DNA of 64,000 nucleotides from Candidatus Omnitrophota bacterium (GTDB lineage Bacteria; Omnitrophota; Omnitrophia; Omnitrophales; JACROU01): NCBI GenBank assembly GCA_029261035.1, contig JAJDCD010000005.1, positions 27,516 to 91,515 of the forward strand, read 5' to 3'. Shown piece by piece: positions 48,658 to 58,219 of this stretch (position 1 is its first letter; each line of letters starts with the position of its first letter). The notes under the pieces were generated by a model. It saw only the letters and a program-made list of their open reading frames with translations, ran no database searches and was not told where the DNA came from. The position numbers and the translations under genes were made by a program.

Positions 48658-50607
48658 TTGGCAACAAAACAACAATCACATAATTTTGATGGACGAACAG
48701 TCGTTACTTTTGAAAGCCGTATGGCGGACTCTATGATTCGTATGATTGAAAATCAAGGAGGGAAGCCCGTGTCGGCACCCTCAATGCAAGAAATCCCTCT
48801 GGAGAAAAATCCTGAAGCATTCCAATTTGCAGAACGATTACTTAAGGGAGATATTGATGTTATTTTGTTTATGACAGGAGTGGGGGCTCGTTATTTATTG
48901 CAAGTATTAGAAACTCAATATACGAAAGAACAAATAGTTGACGCGTGGAAGAAAACAATGGTTGTCGCTCGAGGGCCTAAAGCAGTAAAAGCGTTAACAG
49001 ATTTAAATGTACCTGTAACACTGGTGGTTCCAGAACCGAATACATGGAGAGAAGTTTTAGAAGAATTAGACCAAAATGAAAAAGGTGTTTCTTTAGAGGG
49101 TAAAGTGGTTGCTGTCCAAGAATATGGAATACCTAATGATTCGTTAATTGAAGAATTAAAGCGAAGAGGGGCTTGTGTGGTTCAGGTCCCGGTATATCGT
49201 TGGGCGCTTCCAGACGATCTTACCTCGTTGAATTATGCAGTAGATCAAATTCTTGATAAGAAGGTTCCTGTGGTACTTTTTACAAATGCGGCTCAAATTC
49301 AGCATGTGTTTAAAGTTGCTAGTGAGCGAGGGGTCGGAGAAGATTTGAGAACAGCATTTAATGATGTTGTGATTGGTTCTGTGGGGCCTACATGTTCTGA
49401 AGCTTTGATAGCAAATGGTCTAAGAGCAGATGTGGAACCGGTTCACCCGAAGATGGGCCCTCTTATTACGGAAACAGCAAGGCGTGTGGCTGATATTATT
49501 AAAGAACGAGAGAATCCTTCCATTAAAGTGAATTCTTCTAGAGAAAGGTGTGATGCAGTTTCTCACGAAGCTCTTTCTAATTCTATTTTTATGAGGGCTT
49601 GTAGAAAAGAATCCGTAGAACGAACACCCATATGGTTAATGCGTCAAGCGGGACGTTATATGAAAGAGTATATGGAAGTTCGTAATAAAGTTACTTTTCT
49701 GGAATTATGTAAGAGTCCTGAACTTGTTACTGAGGTTACAGTAACGGCGCAACAGAAATTGAATGTGGATGCCGCTATTATTTTTGCGGATATTCTTTTG
49801 ATTATCGAACCTCTAGGTTTAGAGCTTCGTTTTGATACGGGGCATGGGCCTGTCATTGAAGGGGCTCTTGAATCAGAGAAAGATATTTCTCAACTTTTGG
49901 AAGTGAATCCTGAAGAAAGCCTTTCTTATGTTTTTGATGCTATCAAAATGACTCGATCTGCTTTGCCAGCGGATATTCCGTTATTAGGATTTTCTGCAGC
50001 GCCTTTTACTTTGGCCTCCTACATGATTGAGGGAGGGGGTTCTCGTAATTTTGAAAAGACAAAAACATTGATGTATTCGAATCCTCAGGCTTGGCATTTA
50101 TTGATGGAAAAAGTTTCGGGAGCTTTGGCGCGTTACTTGATACTTCAGGTAAAAGCAGGGGCTCAAGCATTGCAAGTTTTTGATAGTTGGGTAGGAGCTT
50201 TGGGTGTTGAGGATTACTTGAAGTATGTATTTCCTTATTCAAAAAAATTAATAGATGCTGTTAAAAAAGAATTACCTAAATGTCCTCTAATTCATTTTGG
50301 AACAGGAAATCCCTTGTTGCTCAAGCATATGAGTGAAGCAGGAGGGGATGTGATGGGTGTCGATTTTAGAATGGATATCGATACAGCATGGAAAGATGTT
50401 GGTAGAGAAAAAGCCCTTATGGGTAATTTGGATCCACTGGTCCTTTATTCATCCAAGGATGTAATTAAAGAAAGAGCACATCATATTTTAAATCAAGTGC
50501 AGTCGAGGCCTGGTTTCATTTTTAACTTAGGTCACGGAATCCTGCCCAAAACCCCTGTTGAAAATGCACAATACCTTGTTGACGTTGTGCATGAATGGAA
50601 AGTTTAA
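48658..50607 (+). CDS. hemE: Fusion protein: N-terminal uroporphyrinogen-III synthase (HemD-like) and C-terminal uroporphyrinogen decarboxylase (HemE).
   Basis: The C-terminal half has the HemE signature RTPIWLMRQAGRYM plus AAIIFADILL. The N-terminal ~300 aa has the HemD-like pattern (GRTVVTFESR, DVILFMTGVGARYLL, VVLFTNAAQI, IGSVGPTCSEAL). It is a single uninterrupted 649-aa ORF with a TTG start. Confidence 0.75.
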   Translation: MATKQQSHNFDGRTVVTFESRMADSMIRMIENQGGKPVSAPSMQEIPLEKNPEAFQFAERLLKGDIDVILFMTGVGARYLLQVLETQYTKEQIVDAWKKTMVVARGPKAVKALTDLNVPVTLVVPEPNTWREVLEELDQNEKGVSLEGKVVAVQEYGIPNDSLIEELKRRGACVVQVPVYRWALPDDLTSLNYAVDQILDKKVPVVLFTNAAQIQHVFKVASERGVGEDLRTAFNDVVIGSVGPTCSEALIANGLRADVEPVHPKMGPLITETARRVADIIKERENPSIKVNSSRERCDAVSHEALSNSIFMRACRKESVERTPIWLMRQAGRYMKEYMEVRNKVTFLELCKSPELVTEVTVTAQQKLNVDAAIIFADILLIIEPLGLELRFDTGHGPVIEGALESEKDISQLLEVNPEESLSYVFDAIKMTRSALPADIPLLGFSAAPFTLASYMIEGGGSRNFEKTKTLMYSNPQAWHLLMEKVSGALARYLILQVKAGAQALQVFDSWVGALGVEDYLKYVFPYSKKLIDAVKKELPKCPLIHFGTGNPLLLKHMSEAGGDVMGVDFRMDIDTAWKDVGREKALMGNLDPLVLYSSKDVIKERAHHILNQVQSRPGFIFNLGHGILPKTPVENAQYLVDVVHEWKV

Positions 50608-50619
50608 CCTCATTAGATT

Positions 50620-51036
50620 ATGTCTAAATTTCCTGTTTCTTCGAATAAAGAAAAAGAACTATTGGCCAGAATGAAACAATGGAACATTTCTGAAGATGAT
50701 ATCGAAGAAACGTTTGTGCGGGCTCAGGGACAAGGAGGTCAGAAAGTAAATAAAACATCTAGTTGCGTGATGTTGTATCACCGACCCACTCGTTTCAGAG
50801 TTAAATGTCAATCAGAGAGGTCTCGAGCAATGAATCGATTTCTGGCAAGACGTATTCTGCTGGATAAAGTTGAGCAGAAAGAATTAGGAAAACAAAGTAA
50901 GAAACAGCAGCAAATCGAAAAAGTGCGCAGGCAAAAAAGGAAACGCTCAAAAAGAGCTAAAGAAAAGATCTTGAAAGAAAAGAAAGAGCAAAGCCAAAAA
51001 AAGACCCTCAGAAAGCCTCCTGCTAAAGAAGAGTAG
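50620..51036 (+). CDS. arfB: Ribosome rescue factor / peptidyl-tRNA hydrolase ArfB (YaeJ-like, GGQ motif).
   Basis: Matches are RAQGQGGQKVNKTSS, the Lys/Arg-rich C-terminal tail, and the ~138-aa length. Confidence 0.8.
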   Translation: MSKFPVSSNKEKELLARMKQWNISEDDIEETFVRAQGQGGQKVNKTSSCVMLYHRPTRFRVKCQSERSRAMNRFLARRILLDKVEQKELGKQSKKQQQIEKVRRQKRKRSKRAKEKILKEKKEQSQKKTLRKPPAKEE

Positions 51037-51201
51037 AGTTTCCCTTCATTTTTTTCTTATTCGTTAAGTTCTTTCCATATATTCAGTTGGGACATTTATA
51101 AGTATTTCAATGGAGGAGTGATTTTGACACAGCCCTTATTAGATGTTAGATTTCTCTCCTTTATAAAAGACTTTATTTGATGATAGGAAGGGGTTTTTGC
51201 A

Positions 51202-54200
51202 TTGTTTTTTATTAAATTATTCAACCAGTTCGTGTCTTTTGTTCTAATTTTTATTTTGGCTTTCCCATCACCCGGAATGACACAGTCTGTTTCATCTCTT
51301 TTGACTTCTAGTTTAAATTCTCAAGGTTCGCTGATCCATATTTCTTCAAATATTGGAGAGGTGAAAGAAGTTTATAAAGGGGATAGCCCTTATTTTATTT
51401 TGCACATTCAAAATGCTCATGCCAACGAGACAGCGCAAAGAAATGTTGAGGCTATATTAAAGCAAGTTTATCAAAAAGATTTTTATCCTTTAATTCAATT
51501 AGAAGGTTCTGATGCTCAACTAGATCCAGAAGTTTTCCATTTTTTTCCTAACTCAGAACTTAATATAAGAGTAGCTGATGAAGCAGTAAGAAGAGGTTTG
51601 CTCACAGGAGCAGAACTTTTTGCTCTTACTTTAAATGAGAAAGGATACTCAAATTTAAAGTCTCCAACCCCTTTGATTCAAGGTGTCGAAGAAATTAAAG
51701 CCTATACCCAAAGTTTAAAGCGAATTCAGAGCGGATTAAAACAGAAGAACCAGTTTGAGGCATCTTTGAATAGGGTTCAAACGCAAATGAACAAAGAACA
51801 AAGTTTAGGGTGGAATAAAGAGCTTTTCGAGTTTAGTCGAAAAACACAAAATTTTAAATCTAATCCAAATTCAATTCTTAAGTATATTCACTATTTAAAT
51901 AAATTGATGCAAAAACATCTCAATATAGATCTTTCTCACTCCTTTTATCAAAAACAATATCCTTATGTTTGCCGTATTTTAAAATTGCAGGAGTTAGAGA
52001 TTTCCCAGTTTCAACTTTCAGCAAAACAAGAAGTGGATCGTTTGGAGAAAGATATCCAGGGTTGGAATCAATCAGAAGAGTCTGTGAAGCAAGGGTTGGT
52101 ACAAGGGCTGCAAGCACTTAAAGCGAATTTAGATTCTCATCCAGAAGGGAATATCCGATCGTTTTTCGAAATACTTTATTTAGAGGCAGAAAAAAATAAG
52201 TTTAGTTGGATGAGTTTTGAAGCTTTTAAGAAATGGGCTGCTTTTTTAATTATTCAACAAGAGGTTAAGGGAGTTGATTTGTACCAAGAGCTAGAGCAGC
52301 TTACCAGCCAACTATATAAACGATTCGTAAAGACTAAAGAAGAACAGTATTTGCTAGACAGATCTCGTCTTTGGGAGTTTATCGCTAAAATATTACGTTT
52401 TGAACTCACTTCCCAAGATTGGAAAGAATACCTTCTATTAAAAGAATCTTTTTCATTATTAGTGGGCGAATCGGAACTCCAAGAAGGCGTTGATAATGCG
52501 GTTGAGTTTTACCAGCTTTCAGAAGCGAGAAATAAAGTTTTATTTCAAAACACATTAGAAAACTTAAAAAAACATAATAAAGAAAAAACCGTTTTAGTAA
52601 CGGGGGGATTTCACACCTCTGGGATAACGCGCTTGATGCGGGAAGAAGGAATTTCCTACGTGGTGGTTTCTCCAAAAATGGGAAGCGATTATGAAGTAAC
52701 TGGGTATCAACAACAACTTTTAAATTTGAATGAAGAATTGGATGCATCTACTCTAGAACTTCCTTTAAGAACTATGAGAGATATTGATGATTTAAATAGA
52801 CATCATTTAGATGTGAAAGCTCAACTAAATATGGAATTAGATTTGGTCTTACAGTTTTTTCCAGAATGGGTAAAGGGAGAAAGTGATTTAGAATTAATTG
52901 CCAAGCGCTTAAGGGATGTTATTGAACGTCATCCTCATTTAAATAGAGTTGGGTACAAAATTCTTGTTGAAGAGGGTCGTATTCGCGTCCTAAACCCAAA
53001 TGGAGAAGAGTATCACCGCTTGTCTAAAAAAGACCTAAATGTTTCAACGTCAATGAATGCCGCTAGTCTTGGGGCTCCAATTTTTATGGATATGGAAAGT
53101 TTTGCTTCTGACTTGATTTACCTTTATGAACGGTTAGATCCGAAACGTTTTGATAGTGAAGCGGTAAAGCTGCAGAATAATAGCAAGGAAATATTAGAAG
53201 TAAAATCTAAAGTATTTGATGTTTTAGAACGTTTGGCTACAAAGCGTGTGATTCATGTTTCTGTAAAAATAGCTTTAGAGAAATTGTTTAACCCTAAAAA
53301 AAAGGGAGGTAAAAAAGGGAAGAAGATAAAATTAATAAGAAATTCAAAATATCGATTTTCTGAAGTTCAAATCTTATTGCTCTTAAGAGAGCTTTTGCTT
53401 CACGATGGAGAAGAACTTTCATCATTGCCAAAACATCCTCAATATGAAGATATTCATCTTGTTTATAGTTTTCACGAAAACCATGCTTCTACTAGAGATT
53501 TTGAAATTATTGCTGGTGAGCTAGATAAAGTTGTACAAAAAGCACATCAAGAAGAAAGACCTCTTGTGGTGATATCGGATGTAGATTATATGGGCTATGA
53601 TGAGTTGATTGATTATTTGACAGGAAAAGAAAATGGCATTAAACAACAATTAAATGGAAAGTATAAATTTGGTCTCGGAAAAATTCAGAGCTTATCGGCT
53701 ACTTCGGTAAAAGCGGTTTTTGCCCGTATATCAGCGATGTTAAAAGAAGGGTATGATGAACCGACGATTATTACGAGTTTGATGAATAAAGATGAAGTGT
53801 TTCAAAAATTACTGATAGAGTTGGTGGGAAAACATTGGGAGCATGAGAGAAAGAAAGCTAAGGATATTCGAGAGTTTGTCAAAAAAGAACCTGAAACTCC
53901 ATTTCATAAAGCTTATGTGGAATGGTTATATGAGCTCGACAAACAAATTCGCGCTAAAAAGTTAAAAGTTAAAGCGTTTTCTCATTTATTAGAAACTACA
54001 CCAACGGGTTCTATGTCAGAAAAAAGAGTCATGTTGAATATCTTATTTATGCGTGCGCTTCAAGCTTTGAAACGGGGAGATATGGAAAAGGTAAACTATT
54101 TTATTAAGGGTTTTAACCGATTTATGATTGATCTTACTCGAGTAAGAAAAGAAGCTTTAGCTTTGCAGATACAAGATATTAAAAGGAGCAAGCCCAATGC

Positions 54201-57200
54201 CATTATTTTGGCTGTGCGAGAGCATTCTATGAAAGGTGTAGAGAAGAAAATGTCTGAAGCGGGTTATGTTGTGGATGTGTCAGAAATGGACGAGGGCTAT
54301 CGTGATTTAGTTTCAGAACCCCTTTATCAATTACATGATCCAGAACGTGATGATATTGCATTTTCTGAGCAAGAGACGGTGGAAGAAAGACGTTATTTTA
54401 GAGATTTTTTTGCATTTAATGTGATTGCTTATATCAAACGATTAGATGAGTTTAAAGATATTTTTAATCGTTTAGACACGGAAGTGGTATCTCTTATTTA
54501 TAAAAATTTGGTGGAGCTCTTATCGGCCCCTGAAATAGAAGCGTTAATTACTGAAGTAATGCCATTTGTTACGGAATCTCTTAGCATTACGAAGCCAGAG
54601 CTTATTCGAAAAAAAGCGGAAGAAGTTTTTTATCAATATGCTGTTGAGAAGAAAGGTTTTGATATCTTGACGGTTCTTGAAATGGCAAAAACCTTAGCGA
54701 AGCTTGAGTATACATCCTCTACTTATGTTGCTGGATTGGATCAGGAAGTTGTTGAACGAATTCGGAGGGTGAGGGAGGTTGCTTCTAGTGAGGAAAGGGA
54801 AGTCGATAATGCAGCTATTGAAACAGACGAATCTGATGGGGAGCAGGTAAACCTTGTTTTGGAACAGCTTGAATCTAATATTACGCAATATAAGATTGAA
54901 GGAGAGTTGGCACCTTTAGTCTCTAAGGCAACATCTATATTTGAAGATAGAACTCTTTTCCTAGAGACGCTTAATCGCTATGCAGAGACTCGGGATTTAT
55001 CTTTCTTGCAACAACGAGCTAAAGAATTAGAAGAATCAGGTTTTTATTCTTTGGTTAAAGGAAACCTTAATGACATTATTATCTTTGCACGAGATCAGGG
55101 ATTAGTTTCTAAAGAGGTTTTTTCACAATGGACAAAGTTTTTTCCAAAGAAACTTAAAAAGAAAAAAAACAAAAAGAAAAAAATTATTTCTACAGCAAAA
55201 TACAAATACACAGATGCAGAATTGTTGCTTTTGTTTCAAGATATGTTTCTTGGAGAAATAGCCACGGCGCAACTTCCTAAAAGTTCACGATTTCAAGATA
55301 TTCATATGATTTACGGTTCTTTTGATACTTATATGAGAAAAAAAGATTTTGAAGCGATGGAACCTGCTTTGAACGCAGCTATTCGGAAAGCAGAAGCTGA
55401 GAAACGACCAGTGATTTATATTAAAGAAGAACCTCAGTTAAATGTAGGTGATTTTTGGAAGTACCTTGGAATGTTGGAATATGTTCATAATAAGAAAGGG
55501 GCCGATTATTATCGATTTGTTGTAGGTGAGGGAGAATCGGCGCAAACCTTGTCTAAAATAGAAAATATTCCTGCAAATCAGATCCAAAATTTGCTTGTAG
55601 AAATAAGCCAATGGCAAAGAGAAGGAGTGGATGCTCTTACGATGTGGGGACGTGTAATTTTTCGAAGGGAGAAATTTGAAAAGTTAGTGGAAGAAATTTT
55701 TAAACTTGATTATCAATTGAGAATTAAAGGGGGCAGGAAATTAGAAAACTATAATATAGAGAATTTTCCTCCTTTTCAAAAAAGAATGTATCAGTGGTTG
55801 CAAGACTTAAATCAACGATTTGAAGTAGGTGAATTAAATATCCCTCATTTTTATTTTGAGCAAGATGATTTAATCGATTATGAAGGCCGAATGCAGTTTT
55901 TTAGATTTCAGATCTCTCAAATGAGATTGATGCGGGCTCTTTCTGAAGGGGAGGAAAAAGTTCTCCAGCATTTACAAGAGCAAGCCATTATGTGGAAAAA
56001 GGTGCTTGAGGCAAGGAGACATTCTTTGATAAATCAAATTAAACATTTAAAAGCAAAGAATCCAAGAGCGACGATTATTGTTGTTCGAGACCATATTTTT
56101 CAAGGAGTGCATGAGCCTTTACTTCAAAATGGTTTCGATGTGCATGTTCATCGATACCTTGATTCTTTAAAGTCAGATACTTTGTTAACGCGTGTATATC
56201 AAAATACAAAAAATTCAACAAGGGTAAGTGAAGAGGATCAATTACGTCACCTTGTTGCTTTTAGACTTTTAGATCGATTGAAAGATGATGAAGCGTATAA
56301 GGAGTATCTAAATACATTAGAAAATCAACGTATGGGCAGAATCTATGAATATTTCTTTAAGAGTTTTACAAGGGGGCAGCTGAAGTTCCTTTTTGATGAG
56401 ATTGTTAAGCCTAACTCCTTCGGAAAGAATGAATCTGAATCTAACTCAATTTTAACTGAGGGAATTTTTGATTTTGCTAAACTTACTTTTGATGTTTCTG
56501 TTGAACGTCTTCGTGCTATTGCGGATACAGAGGAAGAATTGGAGTTGATGGGTGCCCAAACAGTTGTGTCCAAATTTGAAGATTGGGAAGCTATAGCTCT
56601 GTTTCAGCGAAACTTAAAGGAGCAGTATGACTTAGTACAAAAAGAAACTCAAAAACCAGAAGAACCTTTAGAAGATGTGTTTGCAAGTAGCTCTGATGAT
56701 GCTGTAGTTATAGATGAAGATGCGATTCCAGAAGCTTCTGTTCCGTTGTTACCTGAACCTACTATCGAAGAACCTAAAAATGAGATCCCTGAAAATAATG
56801 CTGAAGGTGTGGCCCAAGAAGAGGTTTTTTTGGCAAGTTCTGCAGAACCTGAAGTAGAATCTCTTTCTAGTGAAGTTGTCGAAGTGCAGGTTAATGCAGT
56901 GGGTGAGTCAGCTCGAGCGTCTGAAGAAATTGCAACTCCAGAAATCGTTCTACCCACAAAGAGAAATGCGGAAGAATTATTTAAGTTTGTTGCTGAATTA
57001 TCTGAGCTAAACCCAGACACTAAAAAAATAGTTGTGGAATTATTTTTTTATGAGCTAGGGAGACTTCTTTCTTTTCAATATCTATCAGGAAAAGGTGTTG
57101 GTGAAGAGATGCTTAAACATATAGAAGTGAACTTTGATAATGGCTCCGTTCAGTGGTCTGTGATGGAAGTTGCTCAAATAGATAGTGACCCTACACTCTT

Positions 57201-58125
57201 CTCAAAAGTTTTGAGTCAAGTTTATGAACTTGCTCAATCCTTTGATGGAGTTGAAGAAAAAGAACGCTATTTCTTTTTCTTTATCGAAGGAATTAAAACT
57301 ACTTTTGGAGAGGACTTAAAAGGTTATAAAGCATTTTTGCGAACTTTTTATGGGCCTTTGAAAACAGTAACGAGTAAAGCAGCTGCAATTAGTAATTTGA
57401 TGAGAAAGTTTGTGCTGAGAGTAAGGTCTGTAGAGGTTTCAGGAGATGCAGATGCGCCGATGGACATCATTAAGAATTATGTACTTTCAGAGGCGAAGTC
57501 ATTAGGAGAAGGAGATTTGTTGAATTCCGCGAAGGCTTCTCGAGTCTTTGCCTATGAAATTCTGGGGTTTGAATTTTATGATCCAGGGAATGAGATGGAT
57601 TACATTAAAATTATGGAAGAGTGGGGGTATGGAGCTTTAGCTTATAATTTAGATCAGAGAGTCCTTATTTTGGAACCTTCTTTTGTAAAAGCGCAATGGT
57701 CTCAGATTCAGATTTTAATGGGGTTGGGAGTGAAGTTTGTGGTTTATGGTGAAGAAGAGAGCTTAACTCCAGAATTGCTTCAATGGATTCGAGAGATTGA
57801 AATGATTTCTTTTATACGTAAGCAAGATGGGGCTTTATTACACCAACTTAAAATAGAATTGCGTAGGAATGTGAATGTAGAGCAGGTTGTATTTGTAGGT
57901 CGAGAAGCGATTGCACGCGATGATATCTTTCAGTTTGTTTATCCTGATCCCTTTGAATTAGCCCCTGAAACCCCGGTTCTTTTACAAGCGTTGTACCTTT
58001 TTAAAAACAGAGACTTTTTTAATGATTGGATCGAAAACAACCAATTGGTATTTCGTTTGGAATTATTAACCCAGCAGCTCATGGATGGACAACAAGTTCT
58101 CTTAGCTCTTAAACGAGCGGCTTAG
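51202..58125 (+). CDS. Giant secreted protein (2307 aa) with the N-terminal family domain and an internal ~330-aa tandem duplication.
   Basis: It has a TTG start and a signal-like N-terminus. The N-domain motifs are HIQNAHA, QLEGSD, FYQLSEARNKVL, LVTGGFHTSGI and SPKM (51330-52700). The repeats are at ~53290-54300 and ~55147-56160, each starting with a poly-Lys tract. An acidic disordered linker lies at ~56650-56960. Motifs are AASLG and EAKSLG. The protein ends KRAA. Confidence 0.8.
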   Translation: MFFIKLFNQFVSFVLIFILAFPSPGMTQSVSSLLTSSLNSQGSLIHISSNIGEVKEVYKGDSPYFILHIQNAHANETAQRNVEAILKQVYQKDFYPLIQLEGSDAQLDPEVFHFFPNSELNIRVADEAVRRGLLTGAELFALTLNEKGYSNLKSPTPLIQGVEEIKAYTQSLKRIQSGLKQKNQFEASLNRVQTQMNKEQSLGWNKELFEFSRKTQNFKSNPNSILKYIHYLNKLMQKHLNIDLSHSFYQKQYPYVCRILKLQELEISQFQLSAKQEVDRLEKDIQGWNQSEESVKQGLVQGLQALKANLDSHPEGNIRSFFEILYLEAEKNKFSWMSFEAFKKWAAFLIIQQEVKGVDLYQELEQLTSQLYKRFVKTKEEQYLLDRSRLWEFIAKILRFELTSQDWKEYLLLKESFSLLVGESELQEGVDNAVEFYQLSEARNKVLFQNTLENLKKHNKEKTVLVTGGFHTSGITRLMREEGISYVVVSPKMGSDYEVTGYQQQLLNLNEELDASTLELPLRTMRDIDDLNRHHLDVKAQLNMELDLVLQFFPEWVKGESDLELIAKRLRDVIERHPHLNRVGYKILVEEGRIRVLNPNGEEYHRLSKKDLNVSTSMNAASLGAPIFMDMESFASDLIYLYERLDPKRFDSEAVKLQNNSKEILEVKSKVFDVLERLATKRVIHVSVKIALEKLFNPKKKGGKKGKKIKLIRNSKYRFSEVQILLLLRELLLHDGEELSSLPKHPQYEDIHLVYSFHENHASTRDFEIIAGELDKVVQKAHQEERPLVVISDVDYMGYDELIDYLTGKENGIKQQLNGKYKFGLGKIQSLSATSVKAVFARISAMLKEGYDEPTIITSLMNKDEVFQKLLIELVGKHWEHERKKAKDIREFVKKEPETPFHKAYVEWLYELDKQIRAKKLKVKAFSHLLETTPTGSMSEKRVMLNILFMRALQALKRGDMEKVNYFIKGFNRFMIDLTRVRKEALALQIQDIKRSKPNAIILAVREHSMKGVEKKMSEAGYVVDVSEMDEGYRDLVSEPLYQLHDPERDDIAFSEQETVEERRYFRDFFAFNVIAYIKRLDEFKDIFNRLDTEVVSLIYKNLVELLSAPEIEALITEVMPFVTESLSITKPELIRKKAEEVFYQYAVEKKGFDILTVLEMAKTLAKLEYTSSTYVAGLDQEVVERIRRVREVASSEEREVDNAAIETDESDGEQVNLVLEQLESNITQYKIEGELAPLVSKATSIFEDRTLFLETLNRYAETRDLSFLQQRAKELEESGFYSLVKGNLNDIIIFARDQGLVSKEVFSQWTKFFPKKLKKKKNKKKKIISTAKYKYTDAELLLLFQDMFLGEIATAQLPKSSRFQDIHMIYGSFDTYMRKKDFEAMEPALNAAIRKAEAEKRPVIYIKEEPQLNVGDFWKYLGMLEYVHNKKGADYYRFVVGEGESAQTLSKIENIPANQIQNLLVEISQWQREGVDALTMWGRVIFRREKFEKLVEEIFKLDYQLRIKGGRKLENYNIENFPPFQKRMYQWLQDLNQRFEVGELNIPHFYFEQDDLIDYEGRMQFFRFQISQMRLMRALSEGEEKVLQHLQEQAIMWKKVLEARRHSLINQIKHLKAKNPRATIIVVRDHIFQGVHEPLLQNGFDVHVHRYLDSLKSDTLLTRVYQNTKNSTRVSEEDQLRHLVAFRLLDRLKDDEAYKEYLNTLENQRMGRIYEYFFKSFTRGQLKFLFDEIVKPNSFGKNESESNSILTEGIFDFAKLTFDVSVERLRAIADTEEELELMGAQTVVSKFEDWEAIALFQRNLKEQYDLVQKETQKPEEPLEDVFASSSDDAVVIDEDAIPEASVPLLPEPTIEEPKNEIPENNAEGVAQEEVFLASSAEPEVESLSSEVVEVQVNAVGESARASEEIATPEIVLPTKRNAEELFKFVAELSELNPDTKKIVVELFFYELGRLLSFQYLSGKGVGEEMLKHIEVNFDNGSVQWSVMEVAQIDSDPTLFSKVLSQVYELAQSFDGVEEKERYFFFFIEGIKTTFGEDLKGYKAFLRTFYGPLKTVTSKAAAISNLMRKFVLRVRSVEVSGDADAPMDIIKNYVLSEAKSLGEGDLLNSAKASRVFAYEILGFEFYDPGNEMDYIKIMEEWGYGALAYNLDQRVLILEPSFVKAQWSQIQILMGLGVKFVVYGEEESLTPELLQWIREIEMISFIRKQDGALLHQLKIELRRNVNVEQVVFVGREAIARDDIFQFVYPDPFELAPETPVLLQALYLFKNRDFFNDWIENNQLVFRLELLTQQLMDGQQVLLALKRAA

Positions 58126-58219
58126 TTTTCTGTTCATTCTTTCGTGAATTTGTTACAATGTTAAGCTTCAGTATTTGATATTCCTTCAACCTTTACCTTA
58201 ATGACTTCATGGGCCGTTT

